Assembly (NCBI RefSeq): GCF_006345805.1
Contig: NC_043001.1
Location: forward strand, 6,324,001 to 6,388,000
Direction: 5' to 3'
DNA from: Octopus sinensis
Lineage: Eukaryota
DNA length: 64,000 nucleotides
Positions 25,720 through 40,400 of the stretch are shown one piece after another (positions within the stretch are counted from its first letter, which is position 1; each line of letters begins with the position of its first letter). A program made the translations under genes and the position numbers. The notes under the pieces are model-generated. The model had not been told where the DNA came from. It was given only the letters and a program-made list of their open reading frames with translations, and searched no databases.

Positions 25720-26350
25720 AGGATTACAGTTTAATTCAAGTAACACTTCGATCATCAAACACCTCCAAGAACTAGAAAAATAGTCAAAGCTGGGTCATGA
25801 GTTCTGATCTGATTCAGTCTAATCTTATCAAAACGGATGCTCTCTGCTCATGATTGCAAGGAAAATTGAGTTTTCGATAATCATATCGAACGAATATGAT
25901 ACAGGTTAAGATTAAATAAATTAGGAAATCATTCATACCCTTGTATAAACCCGCAAAATGTTATGCTATACATTTGAAAGGATCTACCTATTATGAACAG
26001 TTAAACCAAAACGAAACAGTTAATGCGGAGAAGTATTGCCGCCAATAAGTAGTAATGCACAAAGATTTACATCAAGCCATTTGTCGTAAAGGAATATTGC
26101 CCTTACATGATGATGTAAGACCGCATATAGTACAAGTCACCCCTGAAAAAATCGGGACAATAAATATTGAAAGTATGCTTCTTCTACCCTGTTCGCCTGA
26201 TTTGGTTCCATGTCACACTCCTCGTTTCAGATCGTTGCAACACTATATTATAATAATTGTGATGATATTAAAAATGATATTGAAAGTTTCTCTACTTCGA
26301 AACCTGAAGCATTAAGTTGCCCGAGGTATCAAGAACTAGCCAAGAAAGTG
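25720..26350 (+). mobile_element. Decayed mariner transposase
   Basis: RKGILPLHDDVRPH and PCSPDLVP...FRSLQH motifs (ORF 26055-26315). Confidence 0.8.
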
Positions 26351-26848
26351 CTAAAATGTGACAAAAATTCATTTTCAAATTAATATATCAGTCGTTAAGA
26401 AGGAATATTTCTGTGAAAGACAATTCCATCGTCGTTTTCGTCTAATAACACACAAAACGGACAGCATATTTCTATGAATACAAGAGCATCCCTAATTTAT
26501 TATCACATGGGTTTCGATATATATTTGTACAACGAAGGCAAATATTTTAAGAAAATTCTCGTAACAGTACAAATCCAAATGGAATGAAATCAAGAGGAAA
26601 ATATTCTAATTTGAATTGTGATTATTGTAGAGAGATTATTACACAGATTAACAAAATGACATTCCTTGACAAACGTCATCAACAGCTTTCAGCTAAGTAC
26701 CAAATGAAACTACTTGCAATTATATATTAATTATTCATTGATATTTGCTTCGCATAGAGACAATCTCTCACGTATGTAAACACTAATACATGCGTTTATA
26801 AAGACGCTATATATATATATGTGTGTGTGCGCGTATGTATGTATGTAT

Positions 26849-26891
<43 letters not shown>

Positions 26892-26989
26892 AATATACAT
26901 ATACATACGTAAATGTCGAACGATAAAATATGTGCTCAACACCGAACTTGTGGACACAAATAAATAATATATGTATATACATACACACA

Positions 26990-27091
<102 letters not shown>

Positions 27092-27719
27092 ATATATTTA
27101 TATACACATACATGCATATATACATACATACATATATTTGAAGTATTCTATAGATATTTTCATAAACCTATTCTATATCGATTTATCACAATTATGATAT
27201 GAATAAAACACTTTTTAAACTTGAAGTGGGCTTGAAACTTTGTATAGAAAACAGAAAGAAAATATAAACATTCTGTTAATGAAAGCGTTAATATTTCGTA
27301 CATATTTATTTCAAAAGTAAAAACGAAACAAAAGGAAAATTAGATAAAGAATTTTTCTTTTGCGACAGCAGCTACAATTATTACACGTCATATTGAAACA
27401 GATATTTTAATGTATCTAATATACAAATAAAATATGTTGTGTTTGGGCAGACCCACTCTGTTATAATGCATTATTAGTTAACACACTCACCGGTTCGATA
27501 TCCATTCATTTAAATATTCGAATTTTCTGAGAAAAATAGTGGAAATCGAACTGTTGAGCCTGTTAATTAGTAAGGCATTAAACATAATGACTCTCCTCTG
27601 ACACAATAAAATATGCTTCAACACACGAATTCACATAAAGAATCTTGCAAACAAAATTCGAAAATGAAACAAAAAAGATAGTTATGCGATAATAAAAACA
27701 CAGTGTATATGTATGCATG

Positions 27720-28220
27720 TATTGGGTCATCCCAAAGATAGTGTGGGTTCTTTTTTATTTTCAGTTACATGAACTAAAAGAGCAATGGGATAAACTACCT
27801 GCAACAGCATGCTATAAAAGTAAGTAGTAATTTTCCTTTTTCCCTATTCTTAGAGCAAGCTTTGAAGAGTGCAGTTCGATTTCAACAGTTGTTTTTTCAA
27901 AGCTATAATGGAAGTCACAAAGGTGCATATTCGGCATCTTTTGCTGTAGGAGTTCAATAAAAGTAACAACGCAACGGTAAGTTAGGGGGGAATACCAACA
28001 TACAGTAAATGGGGCTCAACCAATAAGTGTAATCAAGTGTCAAAGGTGCTTCCAGAAATTCCGAACCGGAAAGTACAGTCTAGAAGACGAGATACGTCAT
28101 GGAAGATCTGTAGAGCCCGATGAGGACGTCCTGAAAACCCTGGTGGAATAAAAACCCATCGTAACTGTTGAGAAACTAGCAGAGGAGCTTGGATTTGGCC
28201 ATTCAGTCAGTCATTCAAGT
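27720..28220 (+). mobile_element. Mariner 5' end (TIR and HTH region)
   Basis: TATTGGGTCATCCCA TIR-like start; MEVTKVHIRHLLL*EFNKSNNAT and SLEDEIRHGR. Confidence 0.8.
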
Positions 28221-28589
28221 CGGTGCTAGGAGAAAAACGATCGTCTTTGGTTTCATGTCCAAAGATATCTTGTCCAAAGTATCTTGTCAGGCTTTAAACA
28301 TTCAGCTGTCCCAAGTACAACAAAATGAAAATTCTGGATTATAATATCAAATACTAAAAAAATTGTTATACAAATTGGGTAAAAATTGCTATGTAATTTC
28401 GGGAAATAAGTATGCAGTTTAAATTATAAAACGACTAATTCTCATAACATCGAGTTACAACAAAACCATGTTATTTGGTCTCTGCGATTTAATAAAGACA
28501 AAATTAAGCATGTATGCTGTAAGGTCAAGAAGTTAATATATTGAGCGAGAGAGTCTAGAAAGAATACAGAAGAAGGATTAAAAATTAAA

Positions 28590-28990
28590 ACGACATCAGG
28601 GTATCATCAGAGCAATGGATATGTCGGCCATGCTAGTTTTGAGAAATTCTGAACCGTTTCTGTTATGGACATATACAGAAATATATGAAGTAGAAAGCAA
28701 AAATACGAAGATGCTTATAAAGTATCGTCATGAATGTAATATTGACAGTCTCTCCTTACAAAGAAAGAAAGAATTGCTGAGGTTTCCTAAACATATGCAC
28801 TGAGATTATGGCTTTTAAAAGAATTTGATATGTGTAGTAAAGAAAAACTATCTGCGACCAGGAATATCGCAAAAATCAGTAAAAAAGTGGAAGAATTTAA
28901 GGACAGATTGTAGGTTGGTCTGAGACATAGATCAATCGGAAATTATTTAAACGTGCAGTTAATGTAATCAACCGGGAATGGTGGAAGTAA
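28590..28990 (+). mobile_element. Highly decayed R4/Dong-like post-RT fragment
   Basis: IIRAMDMSAMLVLRNS...WT..EI..VESKNTKML...IDSLSLQRK resembles I.AIN..A.PVLRYS...WT..EL..LDRKTRK...DRLYL.RK. Confidence 0.5.
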
Positions 28991-29079
28991 AAGTCACCTG
29001 TTTTCAAAGACAGAAAGAAAGCTAATAAGAACGCGTATCCTAGGTTACATTCATCCAAGAATCCTTTAGAATCAGTCTT

Positions 29080-29275
29080 AAGGTGGGCGAGCTAGCAGAG
29101 TATTTAGCACGCCGGGTGAAATGCCTTGTATTTCGTTTGTCTTCACGTTTTGCGTTCAAATGCTGCCAAGGTAATTTGCTTTTCATCCCTTCAGGATCGA
29201 TAAATTAAGTATCAGTTACGCACTGGGGTAGATGTAAGCGACTCAAATTTCAGGCCTTGTGCCTATAGTAGAAAA
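29080..29275 (+). mobile_element. SINE family 2
   Basis: GGCGAGCTAGCAGA...TTAGCACGCCGGG...TCGATAAATTAAGTA. Confidence 0.85.
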
Positions 29276-29943
29276 GAGCTAGTAATAGTCTTAAAATTGT
29301 TGTTGAAATGTTTGTTGAGGTGATAAATCCTGGGCAGCAGATCGAACTAAAACATAACTTATCAACCTCATCACCCAACGAATAATTTTCGTTGAATAAA
29401 ATGCATCACCGATATTAGTGTGTATTCTTTCTGATTTTATATTTTTTAGATATATAACCGACGTATTGTATTTCTTATAAAACTCATGCGTTATATAACT
29501 GAAACAAAAAATATATTCAAAATTGAATGTGACCCATTAAAAATCGAAATATTATCAGCGACATTATTACACTTCCATTCGAGCAAAAATTCAATTATCA
29601 TTTGTCTCTAGATAAAATTTAATTTAAACAATCATTTTATTATTTTAGGTCTTTCGATTCAGTAGAAAGCGCATTAAATTTTTATCATTGTAAAATATTT
29701 TGCCATATTTCAATAAAAACATGACATATACTATATAACACTAATGGCTTGCTTCAGCTACTTTTTTGAATAATGAGTTAAAATAATATAATGGGATATA
29801 TTTTTGACATAGGTAAAACTTTCTTTTGCAACGATTATTTCATATACAGTGTTTGAGAGAAAAATACTCCGTAACTTCAACGTCCATGGCTGTGATGCTA
29901 CTGATTGTTTGGTAGATGATAGTGTTTCCTTTGTGTAGCTAAT

Positions 29944-30305
29944 TAATACCTCCGCCTTTAATAAGGCGAAGGTATTGTTTTCAGTCATGTTTGCTTGTTT
30001 GTCCGTGGTCAAAATATCAAGAACCACTTGATGGATGCAAATGAAACTTTCAGGGATGTTTGGCCTTGTGGCTGGCACGAAGTAATTAGATTTTGGGATC
30101 TATCCGGTACCGGACAAGGTTTCTGGATTATTTTTCCTGACTTTCTTCTTTTTGAGAGCGGTTAGGCTTTTTTTTTTAGTATTCTTGTCTGTGAGATCAG
30201 TCGAGTTTATTTTAGATATTCTCCTTTTAAACATCATCTCTGGGTAATCATTGAGAGGACGTTGGTGTTGCCTTGGCAGAGGTTTGCTCTCTGAGTGCTC
30301 TTGTT
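29944..30305 (+). mobile_element. Helentron-associated (HINE/DINE-like) non-autonomous element
   Basis: 5' ACCTCCGCC...GGCGAAGGT hairpin, short TTTG/GTCC repeats, 3' CTTGGCAGAGGT sub-TIR plus GCTCTCTGAGTGC hairpin. Confidence 0.7.
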
Positions 30306-30664
30306 TTCATATTTATTTATTTCACTTTGCAGCATTTTTTTTTTTTTTGACTAGGCAACACAAGTCAAGATTACTGCTGAAATCGCTATGAAACAAAAAT
30401 AGAAAGAAGGTACAACGATTGTCAGAAGAGTAAATCATGACATATAAAGCTTAAGAACCAATATCTGTATAAAATGTTAATAACTTTATCACCCAATGTC
30501 TGCATGATATATACGATTCAATGAAATAATATAAATACCATTGATAAATACCATCGTAAACTACAGATTACGTGGTTATATCAGTTGGGATGATTTAAAT
30601 ACAAATACTTATGCATTCTTTATATTTACTTGTATAGTATAGAACATCAACTTGATGGTCATAT

Positions 30665-31062
30665 TGGTTTCAAACTGGCACAAGACCATCTATTTCGGGG
30701 TGGCGAATAAGTTTGATTATATCGATCCAATACTCAACTGGTAATTATTTTATCGGCATCGAAGTGATGAAAAGCAAAATCGACCTCGGCGGAATTTGGA
30801 ATTAGGCAGTAAAGAGGAACGAAATTCCGCTAGGCATTCTAATCGGGATGTAGACGATTCTGCCAGCTTGCCGCCTCAACGTTTCTGGTCGAATTTTGTT
30901 TCTAATTTTTGTTTAAAGCTGCAATTTTGGAAAGTGATTAAGTCAATTACATCGGCTCGAGTGTTCAGCTGGGGGTTGTTTATCAACTCAGAAATGGTGA
31001 AAAGCAAATTCAACCTCGCCAGAATTTGAACTCAGAACCTGAAGGCGGACGAAATGCTGGCA
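30665..31062 (-). mobile_element. Two diverged SINE family 2 copies
   Basis: CGACCTCGGCGGAATTTG and AATTTGAACTCAGAAC motifs. Confidence 0.75.
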
Positions 31063-32277
31063 ACATTTACGGTATTTTTTGCTCAATAGATTTCAGTGGA
31101 ATTTCTTAAAACTACATGTACTCTAATCTGTCATAATTAAAGTAGCATATAAAGAAAAGAATTCCCCATGCTGGTTTTCATGAAAGCAATTCGGATGATT
31201 AATGTTTCTTGAACATGTCTAGAATTATTCAATACATTCAACTAATTAAAATTTAATACTTCGATTTAATAATTTTCCTTTTAGACAATAAATTGAAAAC
31301 ATTTGAAAGACAATAATATATCAACAAACGGTTTCCGGTTTTAGCATTTTAGCTTTTGAAGATGTTAAAAAACATATTGATTAATAATATCGAATATCAA
31401 GCACAAGAGGAAGTGTAATTCAATTAGACAAATCATAACCTAAAATTAAACAATTAAGTTAATTGTTATCATTAGCGGAACTAAATATTTTCTAAAACGT
31501 TTTAAACCTCTCAGGTACATGCATGTGCAAAATATCAAATGCAAATGTCTTTCTTTAAACGAAAAACACCAAATGTCATTCATTCTTGTTCATTCAGTTG
31601 GCTACTCGCATGTATTCAATTAGTAATTATTCTTGGGGCAGTGAACACACACACACACGTGCACATGTATGAGAATGTGTGCGTGGATACTTTGGTGTGT
31701 TCATTTGGATGTCATTCTGTTGCGTAGGGAATTGTATTTCTCCCGGAATTCCTAATCACGCTGCAACTTTGCGGTGAAACATTCTTCGATTTTGTCCTCG
31801 AGACATGCGTTGAACATTAATACGAATTTGAACACCCAATTGTATTGATGCTTTCAGCGAATTATTTTCAAATAAATCAAACACTCAATGTCACCATATA
31901 TTAATGATTTCATAGCTGTTAAAATTTAATATTACACGTCCAATATTAAAAGAATCACTCGGAGGAAGGGAATTTCCTGTTTATGAAAATCAAATATATA
32001 TGTATCCTCACATAAATTTAACATATTCATAGAATACAAAAACATGACTTCAAACAGCAAATTATTAGTAACTTTTCTTCAGATTAATATTATTAATATA
32101 AATGTTGTACAGGGTGTTAAAATATCCCTTTTCAATATAAGTCCATTTTCAATGTACCCACCAAAAATGACACTATCACTAGGGCCTTAGAATAACACAC
32201 ACACACACACACATACACACACAAATATTAACTATGGAATATTCAGAACAGGCACTACCCATGAATTTATTCAGAAC

Positions 32278-32840
32278 AATTTCAATCACTACTATTACAA
32301 AGACAAGTCACTTTTAGGTCACTTGACCATTCAAGAGGCTTCCACCATCCTACAACTGTCATGCCACGCAAGCATTTTTATTAATGTTTCTCTTCTTTTC
32401 CTACTCCCATTTCTTCTTCTTCTCCTTTCTTCTTTCTCTTCCCTTCTTCTTCCTTCTTCTTCTTCTTCCTTCTCTTCTTCTTCTTCTTCTTTCTTCTTCT
32501 TTCTTCTTCTTTCTTCTTCTTCTCTTCTTCTTCCTTCTTCTTCAGCTACTACTGCTTTTTAACATCAAACCAAAAGCACTATCAGATTTAGGACTGCTAC
32601 TAACTGCTACCTGCTACAAAGCGCTCACATAGTAGAAAAGAGAGACGAAACAGACAGAAAACAAGGAAAATTCCCTTGCATTTGAAAAGTATGGAAATAC
32701 TTTTTTAAAAGTTCATCTCATTTAAGTTTCCACAATTTAATTTTTTTCATGTTTTACTCTAAGTTGAAAATGTCGCCAGTAATAAAATGCTCTTTATGAT
32801 GAAATTATTTTAGCATTTTCTACTTTGTCTGATTTTCCTC
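32278..32840 (+). repeat. Single arm of the (GAA/TTC)n-containing fold-back family
   Basis: Colinear with 60990-61370 (TTCAATCACTACTA...CACTTGACC...AAACAAGGAAAAT...TTTTAGCATTTTCTAC). Confidence 0.75.
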
Positions 32841-33029
32841 ATATATATAAATATAAATATAAATATAAATATAAATATATTCATTTCTATATGCAATGTG
32901 GTGCCCAAGAGAAACCTAAATTTTGTAATATTATATTCACTTAGTGTTACATGTTTTCCCTTTTATTGGCTTCTAAATATTTTCAATTTGAAACAGTGCA
33001 TCGATCCATACGCTTCGCTTTTCTACTGT

Positions 33030-33776
33030 TCGAAGCTGGAACTCTTGCAGAGTGATACTTTGAAGGACTGCGTCATTTTTGCCTTACCTCTTCCACATCT
33101 GCAAATTCTGTAGCATCAGCTGTCCTCAACAGTAATGACATACGAAAATCGATCCGGATCAATTTCCAAGTGATTTCTTTTTCAGTTCACGACCTTTATT
33201 TAGTCGTTACTTCTTGTGATCTTCCGTGGGCAAGCGTGGCACAAATTTTGTTGCAAGTCTTTCCATTCGCAATTCCTCGCTCAAAATTCGTTGGCATGAG
33301 CTCGAACACACTCCAGCCATATCAACAAGTTAGTCAGTTGTTCAGTGACGTTCCGCTAAGATCAGTTCCTAAATTTCCATCATGTTTTCCTTCGCTCGCC
33401 AGGATAACGTTCGCTCTGAAGGAAGTTGTTCTTCAAACGACAATTGACAATTCTTAAAGCATGGACTCCTCTCCTGAGCTTGTGTTTTGATAATGGCAGC
33501 GTCCTTGTAAGCTGTGTGAAGCCCGACGACTGTTTCGGCTGCCGTTTTCCCTAACAGAAAACAGAATTTCACATTGTTTCTTCGGAAAAATCAACGAATG
33601 CGGAAAAGTTCAGCAAAATAAAGATGCACCATGTGGCAGTGCGACTTCAGCAGACAACACCGGTCAGCAGACCGGTGCCTGCATTGGCATCAAGTGGCAA
33701 CTAGCGGCGGAAGCCTGAACTACAACGGGAATGTCTTACAAAGAACGTTTCCGGTTACTTTCAGATACCTCCTAGT
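33030..33776 (-). mobile_element. Decayed mariner, 5' part
   Basis: KFCFLLGKTAAETV..LHTAYKDAAI (ORF 33369-33572); TIR-like end at ~33745-33776. Confidence 0.8.
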
Positions 33777-33835
33777 ATATATTCACCCATACACATACAG
33801 ACACACACACACACACATTTCTACATATAAGCTAT

Positions 33836-34510
33836 ACCGTATTTTTGCCACAATAACATGGCTGTTCTATAAAGAACTATATTTCTACATTTTGACCCCA
33901 GGAAAATGACTTTTCCAGCTGGTTAATGATACATGACATGTGTCCAATATATTGTGAGTAAGGGAGCAAATCATTCCCCACCAGCTGGGCAGGACCAGTT
34001 GACCATGACGTCTGGGTCTTTAACCTTCATCGTTACTGGACACCTGTCTGCTAGATGGAAGCCATCAATTGTCCCTCCTTACAATATATAAAGAGAGAAG
34101 CGGCAGACATCGTTGATCTCGTAAGGAGTAAAATAGCTAGTTCTAAAATCTCTAAACGTGATATAAGGAGTAACAATACATGGCGGTAGCGTTTTTTTTT
34201 TCCCACTATAACTTGACTGTTCTATAAAGAGCTATGTTACTACATTTTAACCAAAGGAAAACATCTTTTGCAGCTGGTTTATGACTCACAATCTGTGTCC
34301 GATATATTGTAAGAAAGAGAATTGTTGTGGGTAGGAACGACTGTGAATACGAAGCGAATAAATTGTGAAGAGGACCGATTGACAGCCATCGCTAGCAAGC
34401 AGATGTTCAGTACCGATGAAGAGTTAAGACCCAGAAACCATGGTCTACTGGTCTTGCCAAGCTGGAGAGGAGTGATTCGCTCCCTTACTCTCAATATATC
34501 GGGCACTAAA
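33836..34510. repeat. Two diverged ~360-bp tandem copies of a MITE-like element
   Basis: CTGTTCTATAAAGA.CTAT.TT.CTACATTTT...CAGCTGGTT at ~33862 and ~34217; TACCGTATTTTT start. Confidence 0.55.
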
Positions 34511-34612
34511 GTATGCGAAGCCATTTACTTATCTTGGTAGTAAGTGAATTTGAGCGCTTCCCTTAACTCCGTCATTGCCTATGGCACGAAAAGGGCATAT
34601 GAGAGTGTATGA

Positions 34613-34668
<56 letters not shown>

Positions 34669-35408
34669 CTGTATGTGTGTGACTGTGTGTGTGTGCGTGA
34701 GAGAGAGAGAGAGATATCATGTGCACGATGTCTCGAGGTAATAAATGGTCTTCTTAAGAGTAATTTTAAAAGTACAGGATGATTACGAAAACAAGGTGCG
34801 TTCCTTTGCAAACTTGTTCCTCTACATAAGAGTTACCTTTCTATATTCTCGGGTTTCTATCATATTTGGTATTTATTTGCGCATTTTCCACATTCACAAA
34901 AGCCTCATAAATTACAACTAAAGATCTGTGGGTTTTTTTTTTTTTCGATTACATTGACTGCAGCGCACAATTCGTACTCGTTTTCTCGACTCGAAAAAGA
35001 GAAAAAGTTAAAGATGACTTTGATAGAATTTGAGCGCAGAGCCGGAAAAAAAAGTTAGCGAAATGTTTTGTCCCCAAAACTAATGATTCAGGCTGGTAGT
35101 AGCCTTAATTCTTATAACTAGCGGGAGCCGAGAATGGATCACGAACATAATAGTAAAACTGTTGCGTTATTCCTGAAAACTTTATCTAAAAATCCTGAAA
35201 GCGTAATTTCTGTTGTATGTGTATCAAAAGACAGTCGTTCATCTGCTATTCATTGAAAAGTGAAGGAAATTGGAATACGATGATTACTTAATGCACTTTC
35301 TAAATATACATTATATACTTAATGCACAATTTTATAAACTTAATACACAGCACTCATAAAATAAATATTCACTCGTATTTCTCCTTTTCTTACGCAGGAG
35401 TGGCTATA

Positions 35409-35812
35409 GGCGCAGGAGTGGCTGTGTGGTAAGTAGCTTGCTAACCAACCACATGGTTCTGGGTTCAGTCCCACTGCGTGGCATCTTAGGCAAGTGTCTT
35501 CTGCTATAGCCCCGGGCCGACCAAAGCCTTGTGAATGGATTTGGTAGACGGAAACTGAAAGAAGCCTGTCGTATATATGTATATATTTATGTGTGGTTGT
35601 GTGTCTGTGTTTGTCCACCTAGCATTGCTTGACAACCGATGCTGGTGTGTTTACGTCCCCGTCACTTAGCGGTTCGGCAAAAGAGAACGATAGAATAAGT
35701 ACTGGGCTTACAAAGAATAAGTCCCAGCGTCGATTTGCTCGACTAAAGGCGGTGCTCCAGCATGGCCGCAGTCAAATGACTGAAACAAGTAAAAGAGTAA
35801 AAGAGTAAAGAG
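35409..35812 (+). mobile_element. Full-length tRNA-derived SINE family 1 (reference copy)
   Basis: A box TGGCTGTGTGG, B box GGTTCAGTCCC, CORE-like CTTAGGCAAGTGTCTT, internal TA/TG repeat, (TAAAAGAG)n tail; 13-nt head duplication just upstream. Confidence 0.93.
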
Positions 35813-35961
35813 GAAAACATTAGATTTTAAAATTCACGTGATCACAATTTCATATCTCAAAAACAAAAGTATTATAGTAATATAAATTAACAATAATAAA
35901 TCACTGAGCAAGAACCGTGAAGAGTATATGCCGCCTAAATGTGATGGACCCATAGGGACGA

Positions 35962-36126
35962 TGCTATTGTTGTTTATAGCCTCAGGAAGAATCTCCTCCG
36001 GCTGGTTAACCAAACACTGTCTGTTTCCGATTAGTATTTGCGAAGGAAAAGGGGAATTGGACATAGACAATGTGTCGTTAGCCAGCTGGAGGAGATGTCT
36101 TCTTGGGGCTATAAACAGCATTAGTA
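35962..36126 (+). repeat. ~71-bp imperfect inverted repeat with ~22-nt loop
   Basis: Arms 35962-36032 and 36055-36126 aligned by hand. Confidence 0.9.
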
Positions 36127-37495
36127 AAATAAATTATTTCGTATGTAAAATATAGAGGTCACAATTTCACGGGGGTAAAAATTTAATGCAACAAGGCATA
36201 CTTTGAAACCCACATCGTTGGAAACTTATAAGCCTTTCGGTTCAATACTTCTTTACGGACTATGTTATTCGTCTAAGTTGTCCCTCTTCTTTTCCTTTGT
36301 TTGTCAGTGTTGATGACTTTAACTCTCTCATCAGATTATTTGCGAGCCCTTGGGAATGCAGCATACAGCTGAGTATGGCCGAATACAGGTTCAGGAAATA
36401 ACAACCCAACTTAATCAAAAGTCTCTGCTTATGACTTATTGGTATTTATTGCATATGACCGACAAACACGAAACTGGTTTCTTTCTAAAGTGAATAGTAA
36501 GTTTGAGATGCGCATGCGTTAAGTGGTAGGTGATATAAAAAAATTTAGTTCAATCAAAAGAAAAACAAAATAACTTCTCACTATGCTCTAACCATCGGCA
36601 GCTGCACAACCGCTACCATCTATACTGACACCACCACCACCACTACCACTATATACAAGGTGGCCCAGAAGTAAGTTTACATTTATCACGTAGATACTTT
36701 AAAAATCATTTTATTACGTTAAAGTTTTTGTCTTACACTCACATGGTTTATGCACATCTTATACAGACAATGTTCAATCTCCCAGACGCTGAAAATGTCC
36801 ATCTTTAAGCTTGTAACATTCTTCAAACCTCTTCAGAACACTCTGACACACAGTGCGGCACAAATGCCGATCTCCATCAATTTCAGTGAATGTCACAGAA
36901 ATGTAATCTTTTAATTCATTTACTGTTTCCGAATTCTTCTTATAAACCGTGTACTTTACAACGTACCTCAAAAAATAAATCCATTTGTGAACATGGTGGA
37001 CATTCAATGCTGCCCCGTTTTCCAAACCAACGCTGTGGAAAGGCTTGGTTCAGGGAGTCTCTTAACGACTAATGTGGAGATGCTCCATCTTGTTGAGTAA
37101 TCTATATATATATAAACTGAGGATGTGTGTGTGACTGTCTGTCTGTCTATCTATCTGTGTGAATCCCTAAAACTTAAGAACTACACAACCAATTTCATTC
37201 AACTTTTTTACATATGCATTGCATAGGGTCCAGGGAGTGTCATGGACCAAATTTATTTTTTAACTCTTTGCCTAGGGCGAGCCCACAGCAATATCATATC
37301 TTCTCCATTATGAATCCCTAAAACATGAGAACCACACAACAAATTTCATTCAAATTTTACACATGCCTTACTTAGAGATAATGTAGTGTCATGGGCAAAT
37401 AAATTTCTAACTTCATGACCAGTGAAAGCTCACAGCAATATCACGTCTTCTCCACAATTTCAGTATTACTTGTTTTGATAAACATGATAGACAGA

Positions 37496-40400
37496 ACGGT
37501 TCGCCAAACAAGATCTAAAAAATGAATTAGCGGTTCGCCAACCGTGTTCGATAAAATGCATCAGCCGTTCGCCAACAGTGATCGATAAAATGACTTAGCA
37601 GTTCGTCAAACTTGATGGCTAAAGTGAATTAGCGGTTCGCCGGACGACATCGATAAAATGACTTAGCGGTTCGTTGACCGTGATCGATAAAATGAATTAG
37701 CGGTTCGCCAACAGTAATCGATAAAATGATGTAGCGGTTCACCAATCGTGATCGATAAAATGACCTAGTTGTTCGCCAACTGATCGATAAAATGACTTAG
37801 CAGTTCGCAAAACAAGATCGATAAAATGATCTACCGTTCCACAACCTTGATCGATAAAATAACTTAGCGGTTCACCAAACGTATCGATAAACGTGATCGA
37901 TAAAATGACTTAGGGGTTCGCCAACAGTAATCGATAAAATGAACTAGCGGTTCGCTAAACGTATCGATAAAATGACTAGCGGTTCGCCAAAAGTGATCGA
38001 TAAAATGACTTATCGGTTCGCCAAACGAGATCGATAAGATGACTTAGCGGTTCGCCAAACGTATTTGATAAAATGACCAAGCGGTTCGCCAACCGTTTCG
38101 ATAAAATGACTTAACGGTTCGCAAAATGAGATCAATAAAATAACTTAGTGGTTCGCTAATCGTTATCCATTCGATGAAATGAATAGCGGTTGGCCAACTG
38201 TGATTGATTAAATAACTTAGCCGTTCGCCAAAACTGATCGATAAATGAATTAGCGATTCGCCAAACGAGATGGACAAAATGACTTAGCGGTTCGCCAAAC
38301 GTGATCTATAAAATGACCTAGCGTTTCACCAACCGTGATCGATATAAATGACATAGCGGTTCGCCAAACGATATCGATAAAATGATTTAGCGGTTCGCCA
38401 CATGAGATCGATAAAATGACTTAGCCGTTCGCCAAACGATATCGATAATATCCATAAAATGAGTTGCTGGTTCGCCAACCGTGTTCGATAAATTGACTAA
38501 GCAGTTCGCAAACCATGATCGATAAAAATGACGTAGCGGTTCGCCAAACGAGATCGATAAAATGAATTAGCGGTTCCCAACAGTGATCGATAAAAATGAC
38601 CTAGCGGTTCGCCAACCATGATCGATGAAATGACTTAGCAGTTTGCCAAACGAGATCGATACAGTGAACTAGAGGTTCGCCAAACGAAATGGATAAAATG
38701 AAATAGCGGTTCGCCACCAGTGATCGATAAAGTGACTTAGCGGATCGACAAACGAGATCGATAAAATGAATTAGCGTTTCGCTAATCGTGATCGATAAAA
38801 TGACTTCGCGATTCGCCAATCGTGATCGATAAAATGACAGCGGTTCGTCAACCGTGATCGATAAAATGACCTAGCGGTTCGCCAACCATGATCGATAAAA
38901 TGATTTAGAGGTTCGTCAACCGTTTTCGATAAAATGACCTAGCAGTTGGCCAACTGTGATCGATAAAATGAATTAGCTGCTCGCTAATCATGATCGATTA
39001 AATGACTTAGCGGTTCGCCACCTGTGATGGATAAAAATGATCTAACAGATCGCCAACAAGATCGATAAAAAGACCTAGCGGTTCGCCAAACCTAACCGAT
39101 AATATGACTTAGCGGGCTGCCAACTGTGAACGATAAAAATGACTTAGCTGTTCACCAAACGTTCTCGATAAAATGACTTTGCAGTTCATCAACGATGATC
39201 GATACAATTCTAGCAGTTCGCCAACCGTTATCGATAAAAAGTACTAGCGGTTCGCCAAAACGAGTTCGATAAATTAAAATAGCGATTCGCTAAACGTAAA
39301 CGATAAAATGACTTACTGGTTCGCCAACCGTGGTCGATAAAATGAACTATCGCTTCACCAACAGTGATCGATAAAATGATCTAGCATTTCGCCAAACATA
39401 ATCGATAAAATGAATTAGCGGTTCGTTTGTCATATTCGATGAAATGACATAGCGGTTCGCCACCATGATCGATAAAATGAATTAGCGGTTCACCAAACCT
39501 GATCGATAAAATGATTTAGCGGTTCGCCAAACGCCATCGATAAAATGACTTAGCGGTTCGCCAACCGTGATCGATAAAATGACATAGTGCTTGGCCAACA
39601 GTGATCGATAAAATGACCTAGCGCTTCGCCAAACGTAATCGATAAAATGAATTAGCGGTTCGTTTGTCATATTCGATAAAATGACTTAGCAGTTCGCCAA
39701 CCATGATCAATAAAATGAATTAGCGTTTCACCAAACCTGATCGATAAAATGATTTAGCGGTTCGCCAAACGATATCGATAAAATGAATTTGCGGTTCAAC
39801 ACTGGAGATCGATAAAATGACTTAGCCGTTCGACTAAAGATATCGATAAAATAAATTAGCGGTTTGCCAAACGAAATCGATGAAAAGACCTAGCGGTTCG
39901 CCAACCGTCAGCGATAAAATGAATTAGCGGTTGACCAACCGTCATCGATAAAAATGACCTAGCGATTGGCCCAGCGTTATCGATAATATGACATAGCGGT
40001 TCGCTAATCTTGATCGATAAAATGATTAGCAGTTGGCCAACTGTGATCGATTAAATGACTTAGCCGTTCGCCAAAACATGATCGCTAAAATGACCTAGCA
40101 GTTCCCCAAACGTGACCGATAAAATGACTTAGCGGTTCACCCACCATGATCGATGAAATGACATAGCGGTTCGCCAAGCGCTATCGATAAAATGACTTAG
40201 CTGCTCGCTAATCTTGATCGATAAAATGATTAGCGGTTGGCCAACTGTGATTGATTAAATGACTTAGCCGTTCGCCAAAACATGATCAACAAAATGACTT
40301 AGCAGTTTGCCAAACGAGATCGATACAATGACATAGCGGTTCGCCAAACAAGAAGGATCAAATGACCTAGCGGTACGTTGACCGTGATCGATAAAATGGC

